Virus record (IMG/VR): IMGVR_UViG_3300025652_000495
Span: 1-25,209 of that record
Reading direction: 5' to 3' (one strand)
Length of the DNA: 25,209 nt
Source: a virus
Taxonomy: Duplodnaviria; Caudoviricetes
The notes beneath the pieces are model-generated. The model had not been told where the DNA came from. It did no database searches and saw nothing but the letters and a program-made list of their open reading frames with translations. Position 1 is the first letter of the stretch; the number at the start of each line of letters is the position of its first letter. Of the stretch, positions 23,637 to 25,209 are shown one piece after another. A program made the translations under genes and the position numbers.

Positions 23637-24948
23637 AGACGTAGAGATAGACATACTCCCGCGAGAGTCGTTCAGGGAGTTTCTCACCACACCTAAGCGA
23701 TGGCTCACCCTTGTATGCCACCGTAGGGCGGGTAAGACAGTTGCATCAGTCCAGAAGCTAGTCTACTGCGCGTTAACGCACAAGAGGCAGGGTATGGAGA
23801 CCGCTCCATTACGCTACGCCTACATAGCTCCGACTAGAACCCAAGCGAAAACAATTTGCTGGACGTATTTCAAGCAAGCCTGCGCGACCATTCCAGATAT
23901 AGTCATCAACGAGAGTGAGTTATGTATCACGTTCCCAAACAGGGCAAAGATCCAACTATACTCTGGTGAAGGGTTTGACGCTATGCGAGGGTTGTATTTC
24001 GATGGCTGTATTGTGGATGAGGCAGATGATGTGCCAAGTGCGTGTTATAAATTCGTAATACTCCCCTGCCTCTTAGACTACAAAGGCTGGTTATGCACTG
24101 CTGGCACGCCAAAGGGTCGTGGAGTCCTCTACAGGAACGTGAACAGGAGCAGAGGTGATGACAACCGCTTCTGTCTCGTTCTCAAAGCCTCTGAGTCGGG
24201 TATTATCCCCGCTGAAGACCTAGATGTGATCAGACACGAGATTGGCGAGGAGGCATATCAGCAGGAAATGGAGTGCGACTTCACTGTGGCTAGGGAAGGT
24301 GCGATCTACGCCAACCACCTACAGCAGGCTAAGGATGACGGCAGGGTGTTCGACTTTGAGCCAGACCAGTCTCACCTTGTCTACAGCACATGGGACTTAG
24401 GTAGCCCCGCCAATACCGTTGTGTCGTACTGGCAAAAAGTGAATTTGACATATCGTCTGATTGATTGCGACTCTAACCTAGAGATGACCACGGGCGAACG
24501 TGTGGCGCATATGCTCGCAAAGGGGTATAACTACGGTCAGCACTTCCTACCGCACGATGGAAGGCAGAGAGGCACAGACAACATGTCATTCCACGCCAAA
24601 CTCACTGAGGCAGGCTTGCATAACGTGGTGGTGCTGGACAATGCAGGTGTAGGCGCTGAGGCTAAGCGCATCAGGAACATGCACGACCTATTCCCGCAGA
24701 TATACTTTAATGAGTCGAAGCTCAATGGTGAGTCTGGAATGCTGGACGCGCTCATGGACTACCACTACAAGGAGCAGAAGATCGATGGACGGATAACATC
24801 CAAGGTGGATCATGGGTATAGCTCGCACTTCTGTGACAGCTTCGGGTATTTCTCCGAGGCTCTACTGTCTGGGCGTATGCTGGACAACCTAACCAAGCGT
24901 GGAATAGGTAGAGCTAAGTCATCTCTAGGTCGTTCGATGCGGGGATGA
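23629..24948 (+). CDS. terL: Terminase large subunit
   Basis: Walker A CHRRAGKT, YIAPTRTQAK, Walker B CIVDEAD, GTPKG coupling motif, QEMECDF, nuclease WDLG, LPHD and SHFCDSFGY. Start taken at ATG 23629. Confidence 0.95.
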   Translation: MSRDVEIDILPRESFREFLTTPKRWLTLVCHRRAGKTVASVQKLVYCALTHKRQGMETAPLRYAYIAPTRTQAKTICWTYFKQACATIPDIVINESELCITFPNRAKIQLYSGEGFDAMRGLYFDGCIVDEADDVPSACYKFVILPCLLDYKGWLCTAGTPKGRGVLYRNVNRSRGDDNRFCLVLKASESGIIPAEDLDVIRHEIGEEAYQQEMECDFTVAREGAIYANHLQQAKDDGRVFDFEPDQSHLVYSTWDLGSPANTVVSYWQKVNLTYRLIDCDSNLEMTTGERVAHMLAKGYNYGQHFLPHDGRQRGTDNMSFHAKLTEAGLHNVVVLDNAGVGAEAKRIRNMHDLFPQIYFNESKLNGESGMLDALMDYHYKEQKIDGRITSKVDHGYSSHFCDSFGYFSEALLSGRMLDNLTKRGIGRAKSSLGRSMRG

Positions 24949-24977
24949 TGTCTTGACAAAGCACATACAATTATGTT

Positions 24978-25178
24978 ATGAACATCGGCATGGGATCACC
25001 TAAAACACCAAAAGCACCAAAACCTGCCGCACCTCAAGCACAGATGGTTGACCTCCAAGCGGAGGGCGAAAGCGGAGCATCCAACTTCGAAGCTGAGCTA
25101 AAGAAGAAGCGTAAGCAGTCACAGACCACAATGGCTGGCGAGACAGGCGGCTACGGCGGAGGAACTAAACTAGGCTAA
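24978..25178 (+). CDS. Small virion/pilot-type protein preceding the portal gene
   Basis: MGSPKTPKAPKP N-terminus (alternative start ATG 24990), basic patch and Gly-rich TKLG end, typical of small genes just upstream of podovirus portals. TTGACA at 24953-24958 upstream. Confidence 0.6.
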   Translation: MNIGMGSPKTPKAPKPAAPQAQMVDLQAEGESGASNFEAELKKKRKQSQTTMAGETGGYGGGTKLG

Positions 25179-25209
25179 ATGACTGGCGAATCCGTAATTG
25201 CCAAGCGTG
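25179..25209 (+). CDS. Start of next gene (MTGESVIAKR...), probably the portal/head-tail connector; truncated
   Basis: ATG immediately after the preceding TAA. Identity is inferred from synteny only. Confidence 0.35.
   Translation, partial: MTGESVIAKR

Noticed and set aside
19074-24948. Inteins or introns in DnaB or the terminase large subunit
   Set aside because: Both have normal lengths and contiguous motifs, with no intein splice-junction signatures or frame breaks.
1-25209. Alternative genetic code or stop-codon readthrough
   Set aside because: Long intact ORFs and conserved proteins end normally at TAA, TGA and TAG under the standard bacterial code, and coding density is high.

Overview
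This window is part of a tailed dsDNA phage genome with a podovirus-like gene layout, and every credible gene is on the + strand. It opens with a 5'-truncated virion/ejection protein carrying a C-terminal GH24 lysozyme, a 2869-aa polyvalent internal-virion-type protein (HExxH metallopeptidase motif, ADP-ribosyltransferase-like module, one unassigned module) and a tail fibre/spike with a beta-helix. A seven-gene lysis-type cassette follows: holin candidates, an overlapping spanin-like pair, a phospholipase A2-like protein and an Amidase_3 endolysin. Next come a MarR-like wHTH gene and recombination/replication genes (ERF annealase, YqaJ exonuclease, SSB, DUF3310, RusA, an initiator with internal 11-bp-phased repeats, DnaB, HNH, PD-(D/E)XK-like). 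The window ends with an accessory region of coupled membrane microproteins and acidic proteins, then terS, terL, a small virion protein and the first codons of a probable portal. No tRNA, rRNA, CRISPR array or integrase was seen. The most striking signals are (i) a structured, pseudoknot/attenuator-like leader upstream of the initiator that shares its core with the putative origin iterons, (ii) the cassette-like polyvalent protein, (iii) the unannotated microprotein cluster and (iv) the PLA2-like gene in the lysis module. All family assignments are from motif recognition by eye; no searches were run.
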